The notes under the pieces are model-generated. The model did no database searches, was not told the origin of the DNA, and saw only the letters and a list, made by a program, of their open reading frames with translations. Shown in pieces: positions 1 through 12,179 of a stretch of 64,000 bases of DNA. This DNA is from Guillardia theta CCMP2712 (lineage: Eukaryota > Protista > Cryptophyta). Location of the stretch: the NCBI RefSeq assembly GCF_000315625.1, contig NW_005434660.1, forward strand, positions 104,023 to 168,022. Reading direction: 5' to 3'. The stretch's first letter is position 1. Every line of letters begins with the position of its first letter. The position numbers were made by a program, and so were the translations under genes.

Positions 1-1920
1 TCAGCTGAGCGAGAGCTGCAAGCTCCCGCCATGGAGTCGCTGGAGCAGGCGCAGGAGAACGAAGTGCTTGATATCCATCTCGCACAGGTGAGAGCAGAGC
101 TGAGGAGGAGAGGGGAAAGGGATGAAGAGGTCGGGGATGAGGAAGGGAAAGGGAGGGCGGGGGATCCAGGGACGGGGAGGTGGGAGGAGGTGGAAGGAGA
201 GGAGAAGACGTTTGAGCACTTTTATTTCAGTTCATCGTCGAGGAAATGCTGGTGATCGCCCTGCTGCCGAGGTGAGGCCGAGAGAGAGAGGAAGGGAGGA
301 GGGGAAGAGAGAGTCAGAGGATGAGGGGGGGAGGAGAGGACCGAGAGGAGGGGTGAAGGAAGGAAGTTGAAGGGAAGAGAGGAGAGAGAAAGAGATGTGT
401 GGAAAGGGAGTGAGAGTGAGGCGGGAGGAAGGAGGAGAGGAGAGGAGAGGAGAAGAAACGAGGCGGAGGGGGGGAAGAGGAAGGGAAGAGAGGGAGGGCT
501 GACAGTCATGCAGGTGGAGGAGCAGCTGCTTTCGATCCTCAGCGAGATTGTCTCTACCCTCCTCTCCATCCCCATGAGCCCCATGGGACCATCTACTCGT
601 TCCTTCAGGTGCCTCCTCGTCCTCTTCCTCCTCGCTCCCTGCTCCCTGCTCGCTTGCTGCTCCTCTCTCCTCCAATCATCTTCCTTCTACACCATCACCT
701 CCTCTCCTCCTTCTCCTCTCTCCTCTCTTATCCTCTACTCCTCCTTCACTCACCACCTGCAGGTTCTACCTGGCCGAGCACTGCCTGGGTTTTCTCTTCG
801 ATCTCTCCTCCTCCTCTTCTACCGAGGAAATTTCCCGCCAGTGGGAAGAAGGAGAGGGGGTGGAGGAGGTTCGGATACCCGAGGAGAGGAGGCTCAGCAT
901 CGCCAAGCTCGCTGCTCCCATGCTCGTCTCCGCCTGCCGCCACATCTTGGAGGAGTAAGTCCTCCCTCTTCAACCTTCTCTCCTCCTGCTGCTGCCCCTC
1001 CTCCTCCTCCTCCTCCTCCTCCTCCTCCTCTGCTCCGCCTCCGCCTCTTCCTCTTCTGCTCCTGCTCCTCTTCCCCCTTCCCTTTCCCCTTCCCTTACTA
1101 CTATTTCTCTGTTGCCTTCCTTCTTTCTTCCTCCTTCTCTTGTCACGCTCCATCAGGTACGTCAAGGATGAGTCCGAGGCTTCTTCTTGTCCCCTCCCCC
1201 GCGCAAGGACCGAGCAAGTCGTGGGCGCCGCTCGTCGTCTGCAGGTGATCTCCTCCTCCTCCTCCTCCTCCTCCTCCTCCTCCTGCTGCTGCTTCTCCTT
1301 GCTCATCTTTTCGCAGGGGCTCGAGCTTGACCCGGAAGTCAGTCAACATCTCTATCATCAAATGTCTCCTCCTCCTCCTCCTCCTCCTTCCTGTCGCTCA
1401 TCTCCTGCAGGTACATAAGGAATCAGCTTACTGGCTCCGACAACACTACCGACAGCATGTCAGTCCCCCTCTCCTCCTCCTCTTTGCTCTCTCCTCCCAC
1501 TTCCCTTCCCTCCCTTCCCTGTTCTCTTCTCCTCTCTCCTGCCTCCTCTCCGGCCTCCTCTCTCTCTCCCTACCTCTCTCTCTCCCTCTCCCTCCCTCCT
1601 TCCACCACCCTCGCTCCTCCCCTCCCCTCCTTCCCTCTTGTATCGCATGCTCACGTCAGCCTGCAGCACGGAGGTGCAGGTTGGAAGGTCGAGGAGACGA
1701 GCGCATCTTCTGCTCCTCTTCGAGCCCATGTGCAAGTGCATTTCATCCAACAATGTGAGCGAGAGGAGGAAGGAGGAGGAGGAGGAGGAGGAGGAGGAGG
1801 AGGAGGAGGGAGGAGGAGCTAATATGTGCTACAGCCGATGCTGAGAGACAGCTTGCGGTCCATGCTGGAAATGGTGGGAAGGGAAGTTGGAATTGGGGAG
1901 TGCGCAGCAATGTTGGTAGG
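1..1920 (+). CDS. 3' part of a hypothetical multi-exon protein (5'-truncated by the window edge)
   Basis: Short complex-sequence segments bounded by GT...AG and separated by GAG- or CTC-rich introns (donors near 88 and 272); no recognisable domain. Confidence 0.35.
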
Positions 1921-2207
1921 AGGAGCAGGAGCAGGAGCAGGACATGCGCAGTAAGGGGAAGAAATTCTTGAAATGTAGATGAAAGTGAAGGAAAACCTTT
2001 ATCACCGTCATGTTCGAACAAGAAGTTTCAGACGCTGATGGAGCGACAAGGGAGATGGGGGGAGGAGCGAGAGGAGCGAGAGGGGAGGAGAAGTTTGGAA
2101 GAAGATGAGATGGAAGGGGGGAGGAGGAGGAGGAGGAGGAAGGGAAGGAAGGAAGAGGACGAGGACGAGGAGGGGGAGGAAAGAAGGGAGAGGAGGAGGA
2201 GGATGCA

Positions 2208-5200
2208 TCAGGGCAAGCGTGATATCTCCTCCTCCAGCTGGTCGGTGAGGACATGGAGCTCGCGGCGGATGTCGGAGGAGAGCGACTCGCGCGCCCACCT
2301 CCTGCACTCGCCCAGCACGAAATTTCTCAGCTCCTTGAAGTGAGCGCGAACTAGGTCCTCGAACCCCATCTGAAGGCGAGTGAGGAGACGAGGAAGAGAA
2401 GCGAGGAGGGCAGGAGGGAGGGAGAGGGGAAGAGGAAGGGAGGACGAGGTGAGGGAGGGAGGGATGGGCAGTGGAAGAAGCAGGAGGGCAGGGAGGAAGG
2501 GGAGGAGGGGACTGGAGGTCACCGGAGGGTTTCGAAGGTGCTCGAGCATGGCATAGCGAACTGTGTTGAGACGGATAGTGTCGTTGTACTCCCTGCTCCT
2601 CCTCCTCCCCTCCGGCGAGGACTTCTGCAGCTCGTACCCTGATTCACCTGTCAACCCTCCACCTCCCTCCTCTCCCTCTGTGGTTACAAGACCCTTATCG
2701 CTCTCCTCCCTCCTCCCTTTCCTGCCCCCTACATCTCGTTTGGTCTAGTTGACAGCAGATAAGAGGGGAGAAGGAGGAGAGAAGGGGGAGATGATGAAGA
2801 GGAGGGAGGGAGGGAGGGAGGGAGGGAGGGAGGGAGGGAGGGAGGGAGGGAGGGAGGGAGGAGCACCGGGTTCATTGAAGTAAGGTTGATCAACGAGGAT
2901 GAGGCTCTGGATGGACACAAGAACCTGCGCGGTCTGAGCGCTGCGGGATGAAGCAGAGAAGGAGGCGGAGCAAGGGCAGCCGTTGTTAGGAGGAGGAGGA
3001 GGAGGAGGAGGAGGAGGAGGAGGAGGAGGAGGAGGAGGAGGAGGAGGAGGAGGAGGAGGAGGAGGGAGGAGGGAGGGAGGAGGAGGACGAGGATGAGGAG
3101 AAGCACTACCACCACCATGGTGGAGGATACCTGAAGGAAGGTGCTTGAGGAAGGGTTCCAGGCTTCTCCGTGCCAGGTGCCCAGGAGGGAGAGGCAGACC
3201 TTGCCGTCGGAGTAGAGGTTGGGGTTGAAGCGGACGAGGCCGTTGCCGGTAGTGCGGAGGAGGAGGAGAGGAGGAACGTCAGGGTAAAGGTCGGGGAAGA
3301 AAACATCGAAGAGGAAGAGACCAAGGGCGTACGGGGAGCCTGTGGGGCCGGAGATGGCGACCTGAGCGACGTCCATGCGCGTCTCGTCGACAAGGAGGAA
3401 GATGGCGGCGGCGGGGGAGGAAGGAAGACTTCCTGCTTGTGCGAGAGCATGCAGCTCCTGGACCAGCCGCTTCACCTTCCTCCTCGATGCCCCGAGCTTG
3501 CTCCCGGCTATCTCGTGCCGGAAGCTGTGCCCCACGTACCGCTCCTCCTCCCCCGCCATGTTCGCGTTCCTGAAGCTCAGGTGCTTCATCGTCTCAGAGT
3601 ACAAGAGCCTGTCTGCCTCCTCCGGCTCCCACGCCTTCTCCTCGGCCACCTCTTCTTGTCCTTCAGGCTCGGAGGAGGCGGAGGAGGCGGCGGGCAGGGA
3701 GTGAAGGTCGGAGGGCAGGAGGGAGAGGAGGGAGCTGATATCCTCCTCACTCAGAGAGGAGCTGGAGCGCAGCAGGCGGAGGAAGTGGTCGTAGCCTCCT
3801 GCCTCCTCCCTCGCCCTCGCTCGCAGGGCAGCCCGCAAAGTGTCTGCTCCCCTGAGCTGGAGCAGGAGCAGAGCAAAGCTCTCCATGAGCTGGGAGGGGA
3901 GCAGTCCGTAGGAGGAGGCATCCTCCACCAAGAGCCTCTCCCTCCCCTCCCCGCAGACCTGAGAGGCACAGGAGCAGAAGAATCCTGCAAGCTTGCTCCC
4001 CATCTTCTGCGAGCGGCCGAAAGTCTCCTGCACGTCGTGGAAGAGGAGGAGGCGCCGAACAAGCTCCATGCTCCTCCTCGTCAGGTTCAGAAAGTGGCGG
4101 GCGATCCCCTGCAGCTGCCCAAGGAGGACAAGCCGGTCCCTCCTTTCCTGCTCCTGCAGCTTCAGCCAGCGATCGTCCTTCTGCTCTCGCTGGATGGAGG
4201 CGATGTCCGCAAGGCGACTGAGAGCGTCGCTGACAACGAAGACGCAGTCGCTCAGCACGTCATCCAGCAGAGTCTCCACCAGCTCCTCCTCCTCCCACTC
4301 GTCAAGAAGGAATGCTCCTCCTCCTCCTCCTCCTCCTCCTGCTGACGGCTGCCTCACAGGAGAAAACAGCTGTGCGCCACATCCTGCTCCTGCTGCTCCT
4401 CCTCCTTCTGCCTCATCACGGGAGAAGAGGAGGAGGAGGCATCCGAGCTTGTACCTTGCAACGTTCTTGTCGAATACATGAGCTTCTGATGACAGAATTC
4501 CTTGCACATCACAGTAGACCTCTGCCAGCGACCTCCACATCCTCCTCCTCCTCCCTCCCACGTTCCCCTGCGGCCCTGCAAGGAAATTTGGTTATTTTTC
4601 CTCCTCCTCGCCATCGTTCTGCTGCTGCTGCTCCTCCTCCTCCTCCTCCTCCTCTTCCTCCTTCTAGCTGTCCTCCTCCTCCTCCTCCTTCACCCCCTCG
4701 TTGTGCTCCTCCACCCCCTCGTTGCTGCTGCTGCTGCTGCTGCTCCTCCTCCTCCTCCTCCTCGTTGTGCTCCTTCTGCTCCTCCTCTCAGCTCACCTGA
4801 GATGGGATAGAGTCGACTGTCCCAGGCTGGTCGCCGCTGGCTATCGTCTCTCTCGTACAAGTTGAACAGAAATTCCCCCAGGCGATAACGGAGGAAATTG
4901 CTGGTGACAAACGAGATTTGAATATCAGTATCTCGACATCTCAAGAATTGAAATCTCTCCCCAAGATTACGACATTTCAAATCAAGAAAGTCTCAAAGCT
5001 TTCACACTCCATCCCGTCAATATCCCACATTTCAATCGTCTCATCTCAATTTCCGCATCCCGGTGCTCCGCATTTCAACTCACTCATCTACATTTCAAAT
5101 CTTGTGAAACTCCGTTTCTCACCTCACCAAACCTCCAGCTCGCGACAGCAAGTACGGGAAAGAGTCAACGATCCAGGGGCAGGCAACTGACTCGCACAAG

Positions 5201-8200
5201 AAGGAGTGCTGAGATATAGTTTCATGAGCGACGTGTCATGAGAAAGAAAAAAGTCAAATGTCATGAGAAAGAAACAAGTCAAAGTCACCTCGTCCATCCA
5301 GATCATATTGAGGAATTGCAGACAATCTCTCAAGATGCAAGATGGAACAAAACACAGCTTCTCCCTCGTTTCTAGAGCCCTTTCCTGCACTCCTCCTCCT
5401 CCTCCTCCTCCTCCTCCTCCTCCGTCACTCTCGAAGCGGGAGGAGAAGGATGCTATCCAAGACAAGCAGAATCCAACGAGTCTGAGCACCAGCTCCTGCG
5501 TCCCTCCCTGCTCAACCGCTGAGCCTCGAGGAGCGACCAACAAGCACCGAGAGGGGAAGAAGAGGAGCGAAAGCAGTGCTTGTAGCTCATTCCTTCCCTC
5601 CGTCTGCTTCCTCAGGCGGAAAGCTGGGAGGAGGCACTTGTGAAAGCTGAGGAGGAAGAGCGGCCAGATGGCTGAGATAAAAGAAGTCTGTCTCTCCTCC
5701 TCCTCCTCCTCCTCCTCTTGCACCACCTGCTCTTCCTGATCAGAAACCAACGAATTTCTCCCCTGCTCTCTTCGAGTGTTTCCCTTCTTCCCCCTCTTTC
5801 TCTCTTCTCCAATGCATTCTTCCCCCTCTCCTCTCCCTTCCCTCCCGTCTCCTCCTCCTCCTCCTCCTTCTCATAAATTCTGCTCACCTCAGCTGACTCG
5901 CAGATGGCTTCTGCTATCTCCTCCGCCTCCTCCCCGCTCATCAAGAACTTGTCCTGCTGCCCCTTGACCTCCTTGCTGCTCACTTGCTTCTTCTTCCCAA
6001 GCGGATCCTCTTGGCCCTCGTCTATGATGAAGCTGTGGCCTTCCATCAGAAGGAGGAGGGGGAAGAGGGGGAGGAGAGGAAGGAGGAGGAGGAGGAGAAG
6101 CAGGAGGAGCAGGAGGAGCAGGAGCAGGAGCAGCCAGACCACATAAGAGTTGTCGAGAGCAGAAGGATGATGTACGAGACAACTGGATGGAAAGAGGAGG
6201 CGAGGAGGATTGAAGGTGACAGGGCGTATCAAGGAGGAAGGGAACATCTTGACCTGCTGGGATCGAGTCGGGACCAGTTGCGATGAAGAGCAGAGTGAGG
6301 AGCAGCGAAGGGCTCGCAGAGGAGGGCGAGGAGGAAGGAGAGAAGAAGAGCAGCGGCTTCGGGAGATGCGTGTGAGGATTTCGAGTCCTCCAACATCTTT
6401 TCCTCGTCGAACTGACAACACTGGAAGAGTTTTGCTGGAGGAGAAAGTCGTAAGTTGAGCAGGAGGAAGACAAGACAAGACAAGACAAGACAAGACAAGA
6501 CAAGACAAGACAAAAGCAAAGGAGAGAAGAGAGAAGAAGAGAAGGAGAAAAGGAGAGAGGAGAAGACAGGACAAGAGCGAAGGGAGGGGGAAAGAGGAGG
6601 AAGAGGAAGGAGGAGGAGTACAGGAGAAGCGAGGATTAAGGAGGAGAGGACAATGAGTTACCCACCTGCCATCTGAAAGAAACTTGATCGCAGATCAGCA
6701 TCGCGCAGATTCAGCGCAGATTTCAGTCCGAAGAGAGAGAGGAGGAGGAAGCGACGGGACTTGTCGTTGTCTTCCCTCCCTTCTCTCGCCCTGCCGTCTT
6801 ACGTCACAAGCGCCGACGCTGTCAGGCAGGTACAAGCTCGTCCATCCTCCTAGCATGCAGCAGATCGCACTTGTAGAGAATTCTGATCATCAACTCAGTC
6901 AATGATTCTCCTGCGTATCCCCTCTGCATCTTCCCTTCCTCTCTCCGTCCCTCCCTCTCTCCTCCTCTCCTCCCGCTTCTCGCTCCTCTCCTTCGACATG
7001 TTGCTAATTACCTTGACGGGGCTGTGGGCTCGCTAACAGATTGGTCGATTCTGAGAAAATCTGCAAACATGTAAAGGAAGAGAGAAGGAGGGATGGAGGA
7101 GAAGCAGAAGAAGGCTAGCGAGGACAAGGAAACAGGACGAAGAGGAGGAGGAGGAGGAGGAGGAGGAGGAGGAGGAGGAGGAGGAGGAGGAGGAGGAGGA
7201 GGAGGAGGAGGAGGAGAAGCAGAAGAAGTCTAGCGAGGACAAGGAAACAGGACGAAGAGGAGGAGGAGGAGGAGGAGGAGGAGGAGGACGAGGAGGAGGA
7301 GGAAGAGGAGGAGGAGGAGGAGGACGAGGAGGAAGAGTTACCTTGATCCATGCTGGTCTCAAGAGTGCTTCCCGCATGCTCCTGCCAATCGCATCGACCC
7401 TCCTGTTTCTGCCCTGCTGCTGCTCCTCCTCCTCCCAGACCCCCCGGGCGACGGCGAGGAGGGCAGGGAGCATCCTTTCCTCCACGTTGATAGAGATCAG
7501 AGAGCAAGGGAGATGTTGGGAGAAGAAGCAACTCGACAGTGACTGAGGATGTGATAGGCTCTGAAAGACATCCTTGGAAAAGTTTTCATGCTGAAACAGG
7601 AACGCTGTTTCTCGGCCCAGATCTGCGCAAGTGCAATGAGCAGAACATCTTCGTCAGAGTCCCCACAGACCGGAAGATAGGTTATCTGTGGACGATACTG
7701 GAGGAACGACATCGGGAGGGAGAGGGAGAGTTCCCTGTTTGAACAGAGTACCAACATTCACCATGACACTCAGTCTTGCTACTGCTGCGCATGCTGGAGA
7801 CATGCAGTCCAGCTTCTGCCAGACCCTGAAACACACAAGAAGAGCTATCTCACTCCTCCTCCCTCCTGCGATCTTGACGATCTGATCAGGTTGTGATGGT
7901 ATCGATTTGTACTTGACCCCCCAGAAATCTTCTGTCATCGCTTCACACATCTTTGCGTTCAGGGATGACAAAAGGTCGTCGAATGAAACAGCATCTTGCA
8001 ATCACTTTCAAAAGAGTAGAAAACGTGGCAGAGAGCAGCTCACCGGAAACACGGAACCCTGTCTTGTCCAAAATTTCAAGCTTCAACGCTTCCAGCTCAT
8101 CGACTTCACAATTAGTTTCTACAGTATCCTCGTTCAACTCGTCATCTGCCAAGACCACATTCCAATCATTCTGATCATCTTTTCCTGCCTCTATCACTTG

Positions 8201-9173
8201 CTCCGTCTCATGGCGCAAGAGAGGCTCTTCGCTCTTTTCCCTCTCAATCTTTTGTTCGGATTGCAACATGTCATCCTTCGGATTCAGAATCGAATTGTGT
8301 GCATACTTTCGGAGTAAATCATTCTCGATGTCTGAAAATCTGGAGAACAACAAGAACAACAAAACATTCGTCATTCAACAAACAAAACGAAGAAGCTGAG
8401 ACCGTTGCAAGTATTCTTCGCCGATCATCAAGATCTCCTCTTCTCTCCATGGTGCATTGACATCGATTATCGCAGCACTCTGACCTGTGAAGCTGTCAAA
8501 CTGGTGGAGACAGGTCAGGAGTGGCTAACAGATCCAAGTCATGCAGTCATAGAAAGTGCTCGACACCGAAGAAACCTTGCTCGAGCTCTCTGCATGATGC
8601 AGGAGGGATCTGATCGCTGCTCTTGCAGAAAACCCATCCTTGATCAACCTCTGAAAGACACTTTCCGAACTTGATAGAAACTCCCGAGCTGACTTGAACC
8701 TATCTTGACCTACCAAAGTTCCTCCTTTGAGCACCGGGGATCTCCCTTGTTCCTTGCCAAGACTGGGAAACTCTTCTTCCTCAGAATAGTTTTCGCCACT
8801 TTCTTGTAACAAACTGCTACTCTCTTTCCGCCCTCTGTCGTTCTCCAGTTCGATACCCTCCGACGGCACTTCAGACTCCTCACATTCTATCCCCTCAAAC
8901 TGCCTTCCATGGCTTTCTTTGCGATGGCTCACAGTAGAAGGTCTGCAAGAAACAACAATGTCACAATCAAAGTTGAAGTTCAGAAGCAGCTCACTTTGAA
9001 AGAGATGAAATCACGACTTCTGCACGGTCGTCTGCTTTTTGCCGCACCATTTTCTTTCGCTGTTCATCGTCCCTGTTCGTGTGCTTCTTGCCGCAGCTCT
9101 TGAGGAAGAGGAAGAAGAGCAAGGGAGCAAGAATCAGCAACAGCAACATCGATTCATCGTCCGACGCCTCCAT
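2208..9173 (-). CDS. Large multi-exon ubiquitin enzyme: N-terminal hydrophobic anchor, UBA-like motif, Ufd2/UBE4-core-like region, C-terminal BIRC6/UBE2O-type UBC (E2) domain
   Basis: UBC motifs ISGPTGSPYALGLFLFD, VRFNPNLYSDGKVCLSLLGTW, PYFNEPG and YNDTIRLNTVRYAMLEHL. Ufd2-like stretch DALSRLADIASIQ...KLAGFF...QVCG...LLVEDASSYGLLPSQL. Putative first exon MEASDDESMLLLLILAPLLFFLFL. Linkage of the 5' exons (7.3-9.2 kb) to the rest is inferred. Confidence 0.7.
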
Positions 9174-9950
9174 CTCTTCTGGGTAAAGTGTGGGAGCGCT
9201 TGTTCTTTCAGCACAACATGCTTCTCTCTGCAAGAGATCCTAACATGAGCTCTTGACGATAGTCAGTAAGAAGCAACCGAGGAATGAGGGTTGTGATGAC
9301 TTGATCGATCTTGATTGATACCTTGTCTGAATTGACGATCAGGAGCTGGGGGTGGGGTTGGGGCAAGGGAGGCAAGGGGGGCAGAAAGAGCAGGAGGGAC
9401 AAGATCAGGAGCAGGAGGAGCAGGAGGAGCAGGGGGAGCAAGGAGATACTGAGAGCATGGCAGGTGAAAGGCGGACGGACATGGCAGGTCGGGGGGGAGC
9501 TGGTCGGGCGAATTCCCGCATCATCAAGTCCCCCACGGGGCCGGCCCGGCCCGGGGAACAGTCTGAGTCTGCCACCGACTGTGAGTGGTGACGATCCGGC
9601 GGATGAACCCGCCGTGGACGGTGACCCCGGGCCCGGTACTGGCAGGCTGACTGCATTGGGGCCGCGCGGGCTCAGTCAGGGTTCGGGAGCGCCACGGGTT
9701 AGGCAGTAGCTAAAATCTGGGCTAATCCGGGAGTCCGATGATCAGTCAATAAACAGACCCTTTTATTGCAATACTCAGTGTGCTCGTTGAACAGATGAAC
9801 GTCACAGAGTCTATCCACCACGGGTAATCTGCTTCTCATGATAAAATAACGGCGTAACGAGATATTTGCAATCCGTCTCGCAGCTTCCCTCACGACCGAT
9901 GAGAACACTGCGGCAGCATCTGAGATGTGGAAGACGCAACTCCCACATAA

Positions 9951-10145
9951 CACGTTGGTAGTGGGCGAAGTTTAAATCATCTTTAGTCACTCAAAGTTAA
10001 GTTAAAAAATAGTACGAGGACAATTAGCCGACTCAGCCTGTCGAGGAGGCTTGACCTTTACACTTTTACTCAAAGTTAAGTCAAAAAAACAGTACGAGGA
10101 CAATCATGACATGGCCACTGATACGGCGAGAAGAGAAGAGACAGC
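9951..10145 (+). repeat. Dispersed ~150-200 bp repeat (homologous to 60368-60507, opposite strand) carrying two 39-bp core elements at 9989-10024 and 10065-10104
   Basis: Shares AGTGGGC, ATCTTTA, the 39-bp core, GTCGAGGAGGCTTGACC, ACACT and ACGGCGAGAAGAGAARAGACAGC in the same order with the reverse complement of 60368-60507. Confidence 0.85.
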
Positions 10146-10184
10146 TTGAGTACAGCCGCTTCTTAGTTCCGAGCCCGTGCCAGG

Positions 10185-11718
10185 CTATTCATCGGGGAAG
10201 ATCATTCCCTTGAGACCGAACCATGCTCGTATCTTATCCCTCAGCTTCAGCGCCTCCTCCGCCCAGTAGATCGCCTTGGCCTCCGCCTTGACAGCCCTCT
10301 CTGCTGCCTCCTTGGCGTAAACCTGCTTCGAGCGAGCGTTCTGCACGACTCTGGCGGCTTCTTGGAACTTCTTGTCTGCATGCATCTCGGCCTCTAGCGC
10401 GGGGAGTTCAATCTGTGAGTAGTCGGAGGCGTGGTAGGGGCGGGAGGAGATGTACTGCCCGTGAGTGTACAGCTGAACTTCCTTCGAGTTGGCCCGGAGC
10501 TGCTGGTATGCGTTGTACGTCACTACGTGCCCGTTGAGTTTGTCTCTCGACCACTGCCCCATGTGCTGCGTGCCGTCGGAAGCTCTTTGTATGCCCCACC
10601 CTTCCCTCATCCCGTCCACGTAGCAGCCCTTGTGATACCCTCCGTCAGCTGTTCGGTAGCAGCCGTTGCCCTCGATCTTTCCGTTCACCACCTCCCCTTG
10701 GTAGTAGTCTCCTGCTATCTCCCCGGAGTCCTGTCCCCACGTGTATCTCCCCAGTCCGTTCTTGAGATCGTGGGTCCAGTCTCCGACGAAGCTCTCGCCA
10801 TCCTTGTACCTGAGGACGCCCAGCCCATGAAACTTGCCCTTGAGCCACTGACCGATGTACTCGCCTCCTTGCGGCCTGTTCCCGTTGGGGTTGAACTGAT
10901 ACACTCCCTGCCCTGTGCGCTGCCCAGCAATGTAGCTTCCTCTGTAGACGTCTCCTGCAAACTCTCCTGTGTCGCCATAGCGGTAGACGCCCGACCCCTG
11001 GAACTTACCTCCCTCCGTGAACTCTCCCATGTAGATATCCCCGTTGAACCAGCACAGCACGCCGCTGGTGTGCGGTTGATCCCCCCGCCACAGGCCCAGG
11101 TACTCCTCGCCTCCTCCATCTGGAAATGCAGGTTGTCAGGGAACCAGTTCTAGAGGAAGCGCATGGAGAGTACATGGAGGGTCTGGCCACTTCGCGACAC
11201 CTCTTCCATCCTTCCTCCCTTCATCGTCTCGCTCCCCGTGATACTTGAGGCGAGTCGCCGCCTTGAGCTTGTACAGGGTTGACTCAGACAGCAGCATACG
11301 AATCACTCCTGCCTTGCGCATCTGACGAATCCAATCGGATATTTCAACCCTGCGTGATCTGCACAAGTCAAGTCACTGCCTGGTGAGTTTTGCTCGGATA
11401 TTGCATCAGTTCTTGCAAAGTTCGACTTCGAACGCACCTTTCCCAACGCTTCGGAGGAGGAGGAGCCGGCGTTAGCAGCCAGCGCCAAAACCCGATGTCG
11501 TTCTGCTGAGGGGACTTCTCTCTCCATGACTTCTCGAGCTGGTAGAGGTCAAGCTTGTCTGACTTCTCCTTCTCCAAATCGACGTTCTCCTCACTCGCCG
11601 AACTCTTGATCGTGTTCTTTGACTTGTCCGTGTTGATAGTCTGTCTGGACTCGACCGAGACGTTGAGGACATCAAGGCTGTCGGAGGCCTCAGGAGCGAC
11701 TCTCCTGCTCTTCTTCAT
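10185..11718 (-). CDS. MORN-repeat protein
   Basis: Many YxGxW/FxxGxxxGxG repeats (YIGQWLKGKFHGLG, YYQGEVVNGKIEGNG); acidic N-terminus from MKKSRRVAPE; helical C-terminal tail. Confidence 0.9.
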
Positions 11719-12179
11719 CCTATCTGCACGGCATGAGCTTGCTAAGCTCCGAACACCCCAGTCTCCCTCCTCCTCCTCCTCGTCCCTCTACTACAAGCGA
11801 ATTTGACAAGGCGGCTAACCGACTTCGAATTTTTACTCACTTGAACAGCTTCTTAGGCGACTCAGAGGACAGCAACTGAAACACTTGCAACAATAAAGCG
11901 AGTCACTGTCAAGTGTAGCCCTTCAAGCGGGTTTATTCAAGTGCTGGCCCTGGTATGGTACAGCACTCGTATCATGCCCGGCCTTTGTACACTCAATATA
12001 TATGATATCGCAGTGAGAAGAAGAAACGAGGAAGATCTTTTACTATAGCACTGCTAAGGTGAAGGACTGGGAACTGAATGAAAGAGCAATAAAGTCCCAG
12101 TCAAGTTCTCTTGGCCTTCGACAGCCTCAGGTTATCGCTCAGAACTGAGATAAGCTCTGCATCAACTCTCTTCGACGCT

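Noticed and set aside
367-2343. Long poly-E/S/P/L/R ORFs in several frames here and throughout the window
   Set aside because: They arise from stop-free (GAG)n/(CTC)n microsatellites in introns and UTRs.
7100-7335. Duplicated ~45-bp unit, each copy followed by (GAG)n
   Set aside because: A local intronic tandem duplication next to a microsatellite; slippage or assembly explains it.
9989-10104. Two 39-bp repeats separated by 40 bp, resembling a CRISPR repeat-spacer unit
   Set aside because: Only two units, no cas genes and a eukaryotic context; the apparent spacer is part of a dispersed repeat also present at 60.4 kb.
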